Virus record (IMG/VR): IMGVR_UViG_3300049165_000025
Span: 1 to 24,863 of that record
From: a virus
Lineage: Duplodnaviria; Caudoviricetes
Strand: one strand, 5' to 3'
Length of the DNA stretch: 24,863 bases
Made by a program: the position numbers and the translations under genes. Numbering within the stretch: the first letter of the stretch is position 1; every line of letters begins with the position of its first letter. The notes below the pieces were generated by a model. It searched no databases. It saw only the letters and a list, made by a program, of their open reading frames with translations, and was not told where the DNA came from. Shown here piece after piece: positions 24,168 through 24,863 of this stretch.

Positions 24168-24863
24168 TTAGGGCAGGTATCCCTTGTCGTCGATGGTCAG
24201 GACACGGTTTGAGACGTCGATGCCGACCGTCATCCCAGGGACGCGCTGCATGGTCGCCAGGATCCGGAGGGTCTCATCTACCGCTGGGGTGTACAGTCCG
24301 CGGGCAAGAGTCGTGCTGCCCGCGCCACCTTGCGGGCTCGTCCAGTGCGTCCGGTCCTCGAAGGTCGTGATGCCGACTACCCCGCCTGACCCGACCGTCT
24401 GCGTCTTCAGCTTCAGAGCGAACCCCTGGTTGGCTGCACTGGCTATCGTGTTGATCTGGTACACAACCTCGTACTTGTGTCCCTTGATGAGCGCCACCGA
24501 CGCAATGGCATCCATGGCCACCTCGGTGCCGACGATGCCAACAGAGGTTAGATTGTTGTCGTCGTGCCCGACGAACCCGCCAACGACGCGGTTGTAAGCC
24601 GTCCCGTCATGGCAGTAGAGCGGGTCGCCGGGGAGGTCCATGCGCCGGATCGTGAACCCGTCGTAAGGGGTGAACGTTGCAAGGTCCGCGGCGTCATAGA
24701 CCGGCTGGATACCGCCAGCCGCAACAAACACTGCCGGATTACGAACCACAGTTGGGGAGCCACCGCCAGAGACTGGGACGCTGATGGTGCCCACAAGGAA
24801 CGAACGGGCGGGCAGGGCTGGTGCTACGGGGGTGGATGCTGGGGTGCCGGCGAGGTATAAGAC
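24168..24863 (-). CDS. minor tail protein, 5' end outside the window
   Basis: Frame stays open to the window edge (VLYLAGTPASTPVAPALPARSFLVGTISVP...VAAGGI.PV). Confidence 0.7.
   Translation of the reverse strand, partial: VLYLAGTPASTPVAPALPARSFLVGTISVPVSGGGSPTVVRNPAVFVAAGGIQPVYDAADLATFTPYDGFTIRRMDLPGDPLYCHDGTAYNRVVGGFVGHDDNNLTSVGIVGTEVAMDAIASVALIKGHKYEVVYQINTIASAANQGFALKLKTQTVGSGGVVGITTFEDRTHWTSPQGGAGSTTLARGLYTPAVDETLRILATMQRVPGMTVGIDVSNRVLTIDDKGYLP

Noticed and set aside
1-24863. CRISPR array, DGR/retron, IS element
   Set aside because: No repeat-spacer array, reverse transcriptase or transposase motifs seen

Overview
Right arm of a GC-rich temperate actinobacteriophage (siphovirus-like; Arthrobacter/Micrococcaceae host is an inference), almost entirely encoded on the minus strand. 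Read in the transcribed direction (24863 to 1): distal tail genes with a four-gene lysis cassette inserted among them, a beta-helix tailspike, an intact attP (3' half of a CAT-anticodon tRNA plus arm-type repeats), tyrosine integrase, a repressor/Cro switch with leaderless promoters plus a second HTH gene with its own operator-like repeats, excisionase, a GIY-YIG/T5orf172-type protein, many small coupled ORFs, RecE-like exonuclease plus an unclassified partner, SSB, two orphan methyltransferases, replication initiator with iterons, loader, DnaB, RusA, a putative late regulator, and the terminal HNH gene near a probable cos end. The least explained signals are non-coding: a 63-nt tRNA-like fold lacking a D-stem (477-539) at the end of a multi-hairpin region behind a late promoter/terminator, and a structured intergenic element at 10524-10679. 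All calls come from reading motifs by eye; no searches were run.
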